Shown here: positions 17,423-26,790 of the stretch, one piece after another
Position numbering within the stretch: position 1 is the stretch's first letter
How the letters are laid out: each line of letters begins with the position of its first letter
Assembly (NCBI GenBank): GCA_036388675.1
Contig: DASVRI010000028.1
Location: forward strand, 15,944 to 79,943
DNA: 64,000 bases
Reading direction: 5' to 3'
From: Abditibacteriaceae bacterium
GTDB lineage: Bacteria > Armatimonadota > Abditibacteriia > Abditibacteriales > Abditibacteriaceae
Notes under the pieces: generated by a model
What the model saw: the letters and a program-made list of their open reading frames with translations, nothing else
Database searches by the model: none
What the model was told of the DNA's origin: nothing
Translations under genes and position numbers: made by a program

Positions 17423-18259
17423 TTAATAGCCGAGACGACGGAGTGTGCTCTCGATGAGTTCCTTGCCACACAGCACATCTCGCTTCTGTTGCTCGCCGCT
17501 GATCTCACGCTCAAGGGTCAACGTGCCGCGATAGCCGGTTTCCAGCAGCTTCTCCAGCCACAATGGAATGTTCACGTCACCTTCGCCCAGCGGCGTCTCG
17601 TGACCCAGTTGATTCTTTTCCGTCGGCCAACGACCATCTTTGCAGTGCACGCCGTCGATGTAAGGTGCCAGCAACGGCAACGCTTGCAGTGGATTATCGT
17701 TACCGTAAAGAATCATGTTGGCTGGATCAAAGTTAACGCGCAGGTTATCGCGGGCCACATCGCTGAGAAAGCGGCGTAGGGTAACAGCAGTCTCTTGTCC
17801 TGTTTCCAGCGCGAACACCTGGCCGCGTGTCGCTACGTCATCACATAGCTGCTGTAAAATCTGGACAAGTACAGGGTACTGTTGATCAGTGGGGTCTTCG
17901 GGGATGAATCCTATGTGCGCCGCCACACGCGACACGCCGATCTTCTGTGCGAACTGCGAAATGGTCTGCGTCATCGCGATACGTTCCTTGCGTGTTGCTT
18001 CAGGAACCAGACCCACTGTGTCATGCACAGTCGGGATGTCGGCGTAACTTTCTCCAGGGTAGCCGCAGAATACAGTTGTAATCTCAATGCCACTCTGCGC
18101 GACAGCGTTTTGGATTTGCCCGATGCCGTCCTCGTTATCCAATGTTTCGGGATAACTAATCTGCACGGTGGCAATGCCCATGTCACGCACTTCGTGCAGT
18201 GTGGTGGTTGGAATGGGCTGTAAGCTGACGATAAGTCCTAATGCTAATTCCTCTGCCAT
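17423..18259 (-). CDS. Sugar phosphate isomerase/epimerase (xylose isomerase-like TIM barrel)
   Basis: Length and motifs are typical of the AP_endonuc_2/TIM-barrel family: ALETGQE, NFDPANMILYG, VHCKDG, LEREI. Confidence 0.75.
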   Translation of the reverse strand: MAEELALGLIVSLQPIPTTTLHEVRDMGIATVQISYPETLDNEDGIGQIQNAVAQSGIEITTVFCGYPGESYADIPTVHDTVGLVPEATRKERIAMTQTISQFAQKIGVSRVAAHIGFIPEDPTDQQYPVLVQILQQLCDDVATRGQVFALETGQETAVTLRRFLSDVARDNLRVNFDPANMILYGNDNPLQALPLLAPYIDGVHCKDGRWPTEKNQLGHETPLGEGDVNIPLWLEKLLETGYRGTLTLEREISGEQQKRDVLCGKELIESTLRRLGY

Positions 18260-18500
18260 TTACTTTTCCTTTCGAGTACTCGATTCACACTGAACTTTGT
18301 TTTCTTAGATCGGATTGGGTCAGTGTCTTACATCTGAGATGGGCGATGCCAGAGTGCCGGAGACACAGCCCACAACAAAAATGAGTCCGGTCATGAGAAG
18401 ACAAACGGGTGCCACGAAATCCACCATTTCGTTCTGGGTTCGCGCGTATCCTGCATATTGTGCATTTCGTTTACGGCGGTGCGGGCCGGGCGAGAATTTT

Positions 18501-18548
18501 GCGCTTGTGCATCGTTGCGCTTGTGCATCGTTGCGCTTGCGCATCATG
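18501..18548. repeat. 16-bp tandem repeat, 3 units
   Basis: GCGCTTGTGCATCGTT occurs twice exactly, then GCGCTTGCGCATCATG. Lies 39-86 nt upstream of the GTG start at 18587. Confidence 0.9.
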
Positions 18549-18586
18549 TGAAAGACGCGGCCAACATTGTTTGAAAGGCATCATAC

Positions 18587-19468
18587 GTGAAAATACTGCT
18601 AACAGGAACAGCCGGGCTTATTGGATCTGCCGTGGCACGCGAGCTTCTCGCTGCCGGGCATGAAGTGCGCGCACTCGATAAAATGCCGCCACGGGACGAC
18701 CTGCGCTCGATGAACATCGAGATGGTTTATGCCGACATCACCGACCGCCTCAGTGTGCTGCGCGCGGCTGAAGGTTGCCAGGCCATCGCGCACCTGGCAG
18801 CTATTCCCAATCCGATGCATGGCGCAGACCGCTTGACTGAGGTCAACGTATGTGGCACGCAGTATATTTTAGAAGCCGCAGAAGCCAACGCTGTAGAGCG
18901 CGTCGTCCTTGCGTCTTCAGCATCAATCTATGGAATGCCATTCGCCCGCCACGCCTTCGAACCCGATTATTTGCCTATGGATGAAGATCATCCCTGCCGT
19001 CCACAAGATGTCTATGCACTCTCCAAGCTCTGCAATGAAGAAGCGGCCGCGACTTACACAAGGCGCGCGGGCATCACGACCGTTTGCCTGCGTCCACCCA
19101 TGGTGCTGGAAATAGGCGGTCATCGGGCACGCTGGCAGCGCCGCATGCTGCGCGGCGCCGGAGATTACAAATCCAATGATATGTGGACGTATCTTGATGT
19201 GCGAGACGCGGCCCGGGCCTTCCGTTTAGGGTTGGAAGTGCCGTTAGAGGGTCATCACCGTCTGCTGCTGGCCGCCCGCGACAGTTGGACTCGTGAAGAC
19301 ATCCGAGTACTCGTGCGCCGTCATTATCCGAATCTGGCTTCTTTTGTCGAACACCTGAACGCCGAGGCGAGCCTCTACAACACGCAGAAGGCAGAAGAAG
19401 TGTTGGGCTTTGTGCCGCAGTATTCGTGGCGCGATGTGGCGGAACTTAACGACGAAAGCGATGTTTAA
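18587..19468 (+). CDS. NAD-dependent epimerase/dehydratase (extended SDR)
   Basis: Contains MKILLTGTAGLIGSAV (GxxGxxG) and YALSKLCNE (YxxxK). Confidence 0.85.
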   Translation: MKILLTGTAGLIGSAVARELLAAGHEVRALDKMPPRDDLRSMNIEMVYADITDRLSVLRAAEGCQAIAHLAAIPNPMHGADRLTEVNVCGTQYILEAAEANAVERVVLASSASIYGMPFARHAFEPDYLPMDEDHPCRPQDVYALSKLCNEEAAATYTRRAGITTVCLRPPMVLEIGGHRARWQRRMLRGAGDYKSNDMWTYLDVRDAARAFRLGLEVPLEGHHRLLLAARDSWTREDIRVLVRRHYPNLASFVEHLNAEASLYNTQKAEEVLGFVPQYSWRDVAELNDESDV

Positions 19469-19527
19469 CTTGAAGCCATCTCCTAAACATCTGCACGAAC
19501 CCGGAACGTGGACCACGGGCCGAAGAT

Positions 19528-19590
19528 CAAGCCCGTCGCTCACGCTTCGGGTTCGTAACAACGGCTCCATTGCTATTTATGAGACTGCTT
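19528..19590 (+). repeat. 63-nt dispersed intergenic repeat, copy B
   Basis: Pairs with 13161-13223. Lies 60 nt downstream of the epimerase stop. Confidence 0.75.
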
Positions 19591-19720
19591 GATAGAGTGC
19601 CGTGCGGCATGAGCATCATTGCTTCGCCGAAAGGTCGCGCGGGTCGAAAATAGCCGATACTGTGGCGGAGCAACGGTATAACATCCCGGCACCACTACAT
19701 TCATCACACGGAGAAGAACC

Positions 19721-20617
19721 ATGACATCCTGGCACGAGGGCGACATCAAAGTCGACGGGCTTCGCTTACACTACACACGCACCGGCGGCGCAAAACCTCC
19801 GGTGGTTCTGGCGCACGGATTCTCCGACGATGGCTCGTGTTGGAAGCCAGTCGCGCAAATACTTTCGTCGCAATACGATCTCATCATGGTCGATGCGCGT
19901 GGTCATGGGCGCTCTGCGGCTCCCGAATCGGGCTATAGCCTCATGGATCATGCCAGGGACATAGCGGGCGTCATTAACGGTCTCGGGTTGCACCGTCCTG
20001 CGGTGCTGGGTCACTCGATGGGCGGAGCAACTGCTCTTGTTTTGGCCGGCGCTTATCCACTCTTGCCCAGCGCCATTCTGATCGAAGATGCCGGAGCATT
20101 CGGCATGAAACCTTCAACGCCAACACCAGCGAGCCAGGAGCAAGGGGCCGAGGAGCAACAAGAACAGGAGCGCCGCCAGATGGAGGAAGAACAAGCATCC
20201 AGGGAGCGCCAATCAGGGATGCACGCTTGGATTAGAGGGATCCAGGGCAAAACGCGCGAGGAGTTGATAGCTCAGCAGCGCGCCCAAACCCCGCACTGGT
20301 CGGATGACGAACTCGAGCCATGGGCCGACTCGAAGTTGCGGCTTAGTCTCCATGTCCTCAACCGCAGCGATGCAGCACCTGTCGACTGGCCGATTCTCTT
20401 GAGACAAATCACCTGTCCGGCTTTACTCATCACAGGTGATCCATCGATGGGTGCGATAGTCACCGAACAGGGCGCAACAGAATTACAAACTTTTATGCCT
20501 CAACTGCGCATCGCGCATATTCCCAATGCAGGACACAGCATACGTCGCGACCAGTTCTCAGCCTACATGGATGTCGTGCGCGCCTTTCTTGCGGAGTGGG
20601 ACTCGCTCGTGCCATGA
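19721..20617 (+). CDS. Alpha/beta-fold hydrolase
   Basis: Contains VVLAHGFSDDG and the GHSMGG nucleophile elbow, with His near the C-terminus (NAGHSI). Has a Q/E-rich cap insertion. Confidence 0.8.
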   Translation: MTSWHEGDIKVDGLRLHYTRTGGAKPPVVLAHGFSDDGSCWKPVAQILSSQYDLIMVDARGHGRSAAPESGYSLMDHARDIAGVINGLGLHRPAVLGHSMGGATALVLAGAYPLLPSAILIEDAGAFGMKPSTPTPASQEQGAEEQQEQERRQMEEEQASRERQSGMHAWIRGIQGKTREELIAQQRAQTPHWSDDELEPWADSKLRLSLHVLNRSDAAPVDWPILLRQITCPALLITGDPSMGAIVTEQGATELQTFMPQLRIAHIPNAGHSIRRDQFSAYMDVVRAFLAEWDSLVP

Positions 20618-20635
20618 GATGCTGATCTCAAGTAT

Positions 20636-20765
20636 AGGACTTACGCAAATATCCGATTGGTAGGGGCGAGGTTGCCTCGCCCGGGCTACCTCGTGCAAGA
20701 CGACCTCGTCCTGGGCGCGGTCTTCGCGCCCCTACGAACCATTGCCATGCTCATGCGTAAGTCCT
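20636..20765. repeat. MITE-like element with AGGACTTACGCA terminal inverted repeats
   Basis: AGGACTTACGCA (20636-20647) and TGCGTAAGTCCT (20754-20765) form perfect 12-bp TIRs. Internal GTAGGGGCGAGG..CCTCGCCC and ..GCGCCCCTAC modules. Lies between convergent genes. Confidence 0.75.
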
Positions 20766-20830
20766 AAAGTATTTAAAACAATTTTTCGCTTTGTCTCATG
20801 GTGCGCCCAATACTTTTCGGGGCGTTGTGG

Positions 20831-22735
20831 TTAAGCGGTGCGCAACCAGACGCGCATTTGGCCCGGCTCACGATTGGCCCAGGCGAAATAGGGCACAGCA
20901 CTGATCTGGATAGTGCGCGTGGGCGGTTCGGCGGCGGCGTTGACGGTATGATATAAACGGTCGCCAAAGGCACCGGCGTGCGATGAGACTGCGGCCTCAC
21001 CCTGCAACATCACTACGCCGCCGAGTACTCGGGCGCACCATTGTTCAGCGTAAACCGCGTCACGCGGCACCACAATGTCGCGCAAGTCAACGTCAGGGTT
21101 GTCCACTGACTCAAGACAATACAGCAGCGGCCCGCGCAGCAGCGCGACACAGTTCACGTTTTCTAAAGCGTAGGGATGCGCTTCCACAGAGCGCACCGGC
21201 ATCGGCAAATGTAGTTTCAGCACATCGCCACTTTGCCACACGCGCCGCACTTCTGCATACGTGCCCGGCACGAGTACTTGAGTGTGCGCTTCACCGTTGA
21301 TTTCAAGGCTGGCGCCATTTTCACACCACGCCGGAACGCGCAGATACAACGCAGTTTCACGAGAGGGCGCCGTCTCAATTTCAATCTCAATTTCGCCATC
21401 CCAGGGGTAGCGTGTGCGCTGCTGCAACGTCAACGTGCCGTGTTGCGGTAATTGCATCTGCGCACGCCCCGATGCGTAGAGATGAACCCACGCACCTTCA
21501 CTCGATGTGCTGTAGAAATAGCCGGGCAACTGCGCCAGCAAGCGTGCGACATTGGGCGGACAGCATGCACAACCGAACCATTCCTGACGACGATGCGTGC
21601 CGTCATCGGCCAAAGGGTTTTGATAAAAATACTGTTGTCCATCCAGTGATAACCCGCACAGCACAGCGTTATACAAGGCCGTTTCGAGCATGTCGGCGTA
21701 GCGCGCATCGCCTTCAAACATCAACATGCGCCAGTTCCACATCACACTGCCGATGGCGGCGCACGTTTCGGCATAAGCGCGCTCGTTGGGTAACTCATAA
21801 TCTTTACCGAACGCTTCGCCCTCATAGCGTGAGCCCAGCCCGCCGCTGACATACATTTGCCGGTGCGCCGCATTATGAAAAAGATGATTGAGTGCGGGGC
21901 GCAAAGTTTGATCGCCCGTTTCCGCGAGGATGTCTGCGGCGCCGCAGTTGAGATAAACGGCACGCACTGCATGACCTTCCATGCGGTGCAGTTCTCGAAA
22001 CGGAAGGTGATCCTGATGATAAGCGCCGCCGCCGATGGTGCCATGACCGCGCACATCAAGGAAGAATTGCGCCTGACGCAAGTACTCTGGCTCACCCACG
22101 GTGCGCGCCAGTTCCACCAGCGCCATCTCAATTTCCTCGTGCCCGTCGGTCATGCGCTTCTTTCCATCGCCATCGCCGAACACACTGATGATATGATCGG
22201 CCAGACGTTTGGCTACATTCAGCAGCGTCTCGTCATTCGTGGCGCGATAGTGTGCCACCGCGCCCTGAATGAAATGCCCTGCGCAATACAGTTCGTGCAT
22301 GTCGCGCAGATTCGTCCAGCGCTGGCTTGCTCGCTCGCGCATAAAATAAGAATCGAGGTAGCCTTCCGGTGTTTGGGCGTCGGCGGCTTCGCGCACTGCA
22401 ACACTCAACATTTCCAGTAACTTGCTGTTATCAACATCGTGGTCAGCGGCAAGTGTCCACCCGGCGGCTTCGATCCATTTCCACACATCGGAATCGTTGA
22501 AGTAGATGCCCTCGAAATCGCCTTCCATCTTGCCGGCGGCGCGACGAAGGTTATCAAGTCGCCCGGTACTTTCACAGTGCCGGAACTGCGAGGGCAGCGT
22601 TTGCTCACGGTTAATGCGGCGGCGTGGCGCCCAAAATTCATCGTTGACCTTCACGGCATCTAATGGCACCGGCTTCAACCGCACACCAGGGCTGTCAGTG
22701 GTATCGACCACGACCGTTCGATTTTGCTGAGGCAT
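20831..22735 (-). CDS. Glycoside hydrolase family 127 (beta-L-arabinofuranosidase, DUF1680-type)
   Basis: Contains DEFWAPRRRINREQTLPSQFRHCESTGRLDNL, ELYCAGHFIQGAVAHYRATND and CACCPPNVARL, typical of the HypBA1 family. No signal peptide. Confidence 0.85.
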   Translation of the reverse strand: MPQQNRTVVVDTTDSPGVRLKPVPLDAVKVNDEFWAPRRRINREQTLPSQFRHCESTGRLDNLRRAAGKMEGDFEGIYFNDSDVWKWIEAAGWTLAADHDVDNSKLLEMLSVAVREAADAQTPEGYLDSYFMRERASQRWTNLRDMHELYCAGHFIQGAVAHYRATNDETLLNVAKRLADHIISVFGDGDGKKRMTDGHEEIEMALVELARTVGEPEYLRQAQFFLDVRGHGTIGGGAYHQDHLPFRELHRMEGHAVRAVYLNCGAADILAETGDQTLRPALNHLFHNAAHRQMYVSGGLGSRYEGEAFGKDYELPNERAYAETCAAIGSVMWNWRMLMFEGDARYADMLETALYNAVLCGLSLDGQQYFYQNPLADDGTHRRQEWFGCACCPPNVARLLAQLPGYFYSTSSEGAWVHLYASGRAQMQLPQHGTLTLQQRTRYPWDGEIEIEIETAPSRETALYLRVPAWCENGASLEINGEAHTQVLVPGTYAEVRRVWQSGDVLKLHLPMPVRSVEAHPYALENVNCVALLRGPLLYCLESVDNPDVDLRDIVVPRDAVYAEQWCARVLGGVVMLQGEAAVSSHAGAFGDRLYHTVNAAAEPPTRTIQISAVPYFAWANREPGQMRVWLRTA

Positions 22736-22927
22736 AATGTATTCCTTTTAAAACTGAGACAGCACGACAATAGCTGCTCCCCGACCCGACACCACAGCGA
22801 CCGGAGAAATCGGGACGGTGTGGCTCCACAGTGGCTTCTGTGTAGTGGGATTAAACAGGGTGCAGGAGAGAGTGTCTTTGCTCACATCAAGTACTACTTG
22901 TTGTACTTCTGTCTGGCGTGGTGTAGT

Positions 22928-23551
22928 TCACCTCTTGCGCTTGAACCAGCTCAGAATCCTCTGGACACGGATCATACAGATAACGCTGGCTACTATGATA
23001 CCCAATGGTGCAGAGAATGCTATACAGAGCGCTACCCCAACAACGAATGAAAAATCGTCGGCTGGTGGATAAAATTTTTTATACAGGAGCGAGCCGGCCA
23101 ACAGCAAGACTGGCACACCACAGCCACCGATGAAGGCACCGAGACAACCATTGTCATATTCGTCGCTTTCTTCCATAACCTGCTCAGCCTCAACTACAAC
23201 CTGATTTTCCTTCTGCCTTTCGAGCCATTCCATGAAACTTGGTGATTCTATGACGAATTCTTTTGCCTCATGGTCGGCAGAAAATACGGGCGAAGGATCA
23301 AGTGATAAATCAAAAAAGTACTGGTTCCCTGTACCGTCGCCACCAAATGCAAAGTAGTGCTGAGGCCATGTTAAGCCAAAGAAACCATGTTTCCGGTAAT
23401 AACGGTTTTTCTCGATTATAAAACTAGGATCATCGGGAAGTTCATCGGCGGCGTCAGGCTTCAGGGGATAAGCGAGCATCGCCTCCCGATACTCCCTCGG
23501 AAGCAAAATCTTCAATTCAATCTCGATATGTTGAAGTTGATCCTCAGTCAT
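22928..23551 (-). CDS. SMI1/KNR4 (SUKH-1) family protein with two C-terminal TM segments
   Basis: Contains IEIELKILLPREYREAML...HYFAFGGDGTGNQYFFDL...VFSADHE, the SUKH pattern. Hydrophobic C-terminus. Confidence 0.6.
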   Translation of the reverse strand: MTEDQLQHIEIELKILLPREYREAMLAYPLKPDAADELPDDPSFIIEKNRYYRKHGFFGLTWPQHYFAFGGDGTGNQYFFDLSLDPSPVFSADHEAKEFVIESPSFMEWLERQKENQVVVEAEQVMEESDEYDNGCLGAFIGGCGVPVLLLAGSLLYKKFYPPADDFSFVVGVALCIAFSAPLGIIVASVICMIRVQRILSWFKRKR

Positions 23552-23720
23552 AGCTTGATTTTATAATTTTCAACCAGGTCGCGCGCAGCGGACCAACGAC
23601 CACGATCATCTACCGCTGGAAGAGAGTGAGGAACGAACGGAACTGTAAGCGGTCGAGTGCAGCGCCTTGTTGTGCCGTTGTTTGAGACTTTGAATTGCTG
23701 ATTTGGATTTGAGCGAATTA

Positions 23721-24218
23721 TTAAAAATCCTTGTCTTTTTGCACTTTGATAAAAATGCCTTTGGCTCGTTTTTCAACTATCACTCTCTTTACAACTTCTG
23801 GCCTTAGCTCCGTTGGAATAAGCTGCGTTTGCCAATCATACTCTTTGGCAACGTCACTTTCGGCATGAGTTGGATTAGCCGCTGCAATAGCTTTAAGAGC
23901 ATAGTAAGCGCCACCAAAAGCGTGTTGTGGAACGTGAGCCGTAGCTACCGCCTGGCCTGCGGCACGCGCAGCGAAACAAGCCGCATTGTTATCTTTCGCT
24001 TCACGCGCGGCGGCATGAGCCGCAAGAGAAGCTCCGCGTATGTCGGCCATCTTAAACACACCTGTTTGAACCCAAGCTCGGCACACTTCGATAGCTTTGC
24101 GAGGCCGAGCATCTTCTGGATACATTTCCTCAAAAAAAGGCTGCACTCTTTCGGCACAATCAGCAGCCCAAGTCGCCATCACTTTCTGATGTTCTTTTGC
24201 ATATTTTTTCATACGCAT
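23721..24218 (-). CDS. Imm5-like putative immunity protein (family recalled from memory)
   Basis: Contains ATWAADCAERVQPFFEEMYPEDARPRKAIEVCRAW...AAHAAAREA...AARAAGQAVATAHVPQHAFGGAYYALKA, a helical-repeat pattern seen in putative immunity protein families. Confidence 0.45.
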   Translation of the reverse strand: MRMKKYAKEHQKVMATWAADCAERVQPFFEEMYPEDARPRKAIEVCRAWVQTGVFKMADIRGASLAAHAAAREAKDNNAACFAARAAGQAVATAHVPQHAFGGAYYALKAIAAANPTHAESDVAKEYDWQTQLIPTELRPEVVKRVIVEKRAKGIFIKVQKDKDF

Positions 24219-24526
24219 GGCATTATAGCACCTGCATTATCAGCCAAGTCGCACGCAGCCGTGCAACACGTGATTATACCGGACTTTGTGGCATCCCTCG
24301 TCTGCGGAACTATGAGTCGGGCCATTGAACGAGTACTCGTGCACCCAATGCCTTTACCGAATGCCTGTCGCGCCGGTTTGCGGTGTTTCGTTTAGCGACA
24401 GATGGAATAAATTGTTGTCAGACTCAGAGCAGTTGCACCGTAGTCCGTTGCACCGTAGCATCGAAAGCGGCCACATTCGTGCCGAAGAGCCTGCTTACGA
24501 TTAGACAACCGTAGTGGAGCGTACGC

Positions 24527-24814
24527 ATGGCCCTTAATTTTTCCGGTCTCGATAAACGAAAACAGGAACCCGACCTTTTGCAATCACTAGAGTGGAAATG
24601 CATTGGTCACAACCCGACCACAATGGCACTGGGACAATGCCTGGGCGATGAAATGAAAAGTATCATTGCCCGGCTGATTGGTTTGCCCAACGGCCACTGG
24701 CACTGGCAGGCGTGGAACTATGAACAGATCTACCGTGGAACGGAGTCATCCCGCGAAATCGCGATGTTCGCAGCCGAGGAACACGCCATGGCGCACATCG
24801 TCGGGGGCAGTTGA
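24527..24814 (+). CDS. Hypothetical protein (95 aa)
   Basis: ORF track only. No domain recognised. Confidence 0.3.
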   Translation: MALNFSGLDKRKQEPDLLQSLEWKCIGHNPTTMALGQCLGDEMKSIIARLIGLPNGHWHWQAWNYEQIYRGTESSREIAMFAAEEHAMAHIVGGS

Positions 24815-24909
24815 AATAGTAAGCGTTGCCACGAACTATCACGTGTCCTTTGCCGTGGTCGTGCCCTCAAATTGAGTTTAAATAGTCGTGCAAAAGAAAA
24901 CAGGTGTTC

Positions 24910-24975
24910 GTAGGGGCGGGGAAACCCCGCCCGTTTGCCAATGCGCTACACAGGGCGAGGAGACCTCGCCCCTAC
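24910..24975. repeat. GTAGGGGCG...CGCCCCTAC hairpin module without flanking TIRs
   Basis: GTAGGGGCGGGGAAACCCCGCCC...GGGCGAGGAGACCTCGCCCCTAC. Shares TTGCCAATGC with the element at 17207-17295. Confidence 0.65.
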
Positions 24976-25099
24976 AAAACGCCGGAAAACTTTTGCTTCA
25001 CTGATTAACTTTCGGCCAGGAATTTGGTTAAACGCTTTATACGCGCCATAATCAAAACGTAGAATCGCGAATAAGCATGACTCGATCGAGGGACATGAT

Positions 25100-25564
25100 A
25101 TGAGTACACGCTCTACCCGCCTGTTGATGATGTTCCTGGTGGCATCCATAGCCGTGTGCCTCTGTGGGTGCGCCAATCTGCCGCGCGACGCGCGGCAGAG
25201 TACGGACAAAACCCGTCAAAGTCGGGTCCTTGTTGTCGGTGTTTCAGAAGCCGATGAGGAGATGGCGACGGTGTCGGCACGAGAAAAATCTTTAGTGCAG
25301 AAAGTGGCCCGGCGCCTGGGAGCGCGTGTTCAATGGAGAAGAGGTAACGCACACACTCTCCTCCAGGACTTGGAGGAGGCCAAGTTGCCCATCGTAGCGG
25401 CGACATTGCCTTCTGATTCGCCCTTTGCTGCTTCCGTCGGCATTTCTCAGCCCTATGTAAAGAATGGCCCCGGCCACAAAGACTATTGCTTGGCGGTGGC
25501 GCCCGGCGAAAACCGCCTCCTGCTGCTGGTTGACCAAATTATCTCCGAAGAACAGCAGTCGTAA
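25100..25564 (+). CDS. Putative lipoprotein (154 aa)
   Basis: Signal peptide with the lipobox-like sequence VCLCGC. No enzymatic motif recognised. Confidence 0.5.
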   Translation: MSTRSTRLLMMFLVASIAVCLCGCANLPRDARQSTDKTRQSRVLVVGVSEADEEMATVSAREKSLVQKVARRLGARVQWRRGNAHTLLQDLEEAKLPIVAATLPSDSPFAASVGISQPYVKNGPGHKDYCLAVAPGENRLLLLVDQIISEEQQS

Positions 25565-25638
25565 AAGGCTTAGCCATAAAGCGAAGACTGAGCACAAACG
25601 CTCAGTTCCAATGCTTGATTGCCATAGGAGTGGACAGG

Positions 25639-26790
25639 ATGAGACCGGGCCAGAAAAACATCATCGGCAACCAAACGGCTCCACAGCAAGCTGATTCAAA
25701 GCAAGCTGCTCCACAGCACGCTGCGTCAAAGCCCCTTGGCTCCAAGCAGCGCGACAGCGATGCGGAGCCGGAGCACTCTGCGCCACAGGATGATGTGCCC
25801 TTCACCAGAGGCGGGCCATCGAAGGATGAGTTGCGTCAGGGTTTCCGGCGTTTGCGCAAATTGGAATGGATTACACTGGGCTACCAATTCGGCGCAACAA
25901 TTTTCGTTGGCGTTCTGATGGGCGGCAGTCAGGCCATGAAAACCGAGTGGCTGGAGAACATGCTGGCCCTGATTCCGGCAATCTGTGTCTTATTAACGTT
26001 ACACACCGAAAACAAGCCGCCCGATGCCAAACGCCCCTTCGGCTACCATCGTGCCGGAACACTGGCCTTCCTGGCGGCTGCCTTCACTCTGGCGGCTGTG
26101 GGCACATTTCTATTCTACGATTCGCTGAGCAACTTGGTGCATCACGAGTATCCGTCTATCGGCGGCATTAACGCCCTGGGACACACCATATGGCACGGCT
26201 GGCTCATGATGGGCGCCATGTTCATCACCGGGATTCCGCCTGTCATCCTGGGGCACTTGAAGATTCCCGTTGCTAAGTTGCTGCATGATAAGGCGCTGTA
26301 TGCTGATGCCGACATGAACCGTGCCAACTGGATGAGCAATGGTGCCGGTCTCATTGGACTGGGTCTGGTAGCCTGGGGCTTTTGGTGGGGTGACTCGGTT
26401 GCGGCCTTAATCATCTCGCTGGATATTATGCGCGACGGCTGGACTCACGTTTTCAAGAGTTTAGAGGATGTGATGGATCGCACCCCGGTGGATTTGGAAT
26501 CTGAACGACAGCAGCCACTGGTGGCTCAGATCCATCGTGAATTGCGCGCTTTGCCCTTTGTCGCCGATGAGCGAGTACTCATCAGAGAACACGGGCGCTA
26601 TGCTTTTGCCGAAATTTTCATCCAACCCAACGAACAGGTGCCAGCCATTACGCAAGCCACCCGGCAAGTGCGAGATGCCATCCTTCCCCTGAATTGGACC
26701 TTGCAACACATCGTTGTCGAATTCACCAATGATCTGCAAACGGATTCCAACGTCTTAACACGTGAGGAATTGGAGATCGAAGACAGCTAA
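25639..26790 (+). CDS. Cation diffusion facilitator (CDF)-like transporter
   Basis: Six hydrophobic segments, PFGYHRAGTLAFL (compare CDF YGYxRAE), and a C-terminal cytoplasmic domain (VLIREHGRYAFAEIFI). Start chosen at the ATG with an AGGAG upstream; the track ORF starts at 25615. Confidence 0.6.
   Translation: MRPGQKNIIGNQTAPQQADSKQAAPQHAASKPLGSKQRDSDAEPEHSAPQDDVPFTRGGPSKDELRQGFRRLRKLEWITLGYQFGATIFVGVLMGGSQAMKTEWLENMLALIPAICVLLTLHTENKPPDAKRPFGYHRAGTLAFLAAAFTLAAVGTFLFYDSLSNLVHHEYPSIGGINALGHTIWHGWLMMGAMFITGIPPVILGHLKIPVAKLLHDKALYADADMNRANWMSNGAGLIGLGLVAWGFWWGDSVAALIISLDIMRDGWTHVFKSLEDVMDRTPVDLESERQQPLVAQIHRELRALPFVADERVLIREHGRYAFAEIFIQPNEQVPAITQATRQVRDAILPLNWTLQHIVVEFTNDLQTDSNVLTREELEIEDS

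Noticed and set aside
17318-17779. 153-aa plus-strand ORF
   Set aside because: It is antisense to the TIM-barrel sugar isomerase/epimerase gene.
23829-24395. 188-aa plus-strand ORF
   Set aside because: It is largely antisense to the Imm5-like gene and has a poor composition.
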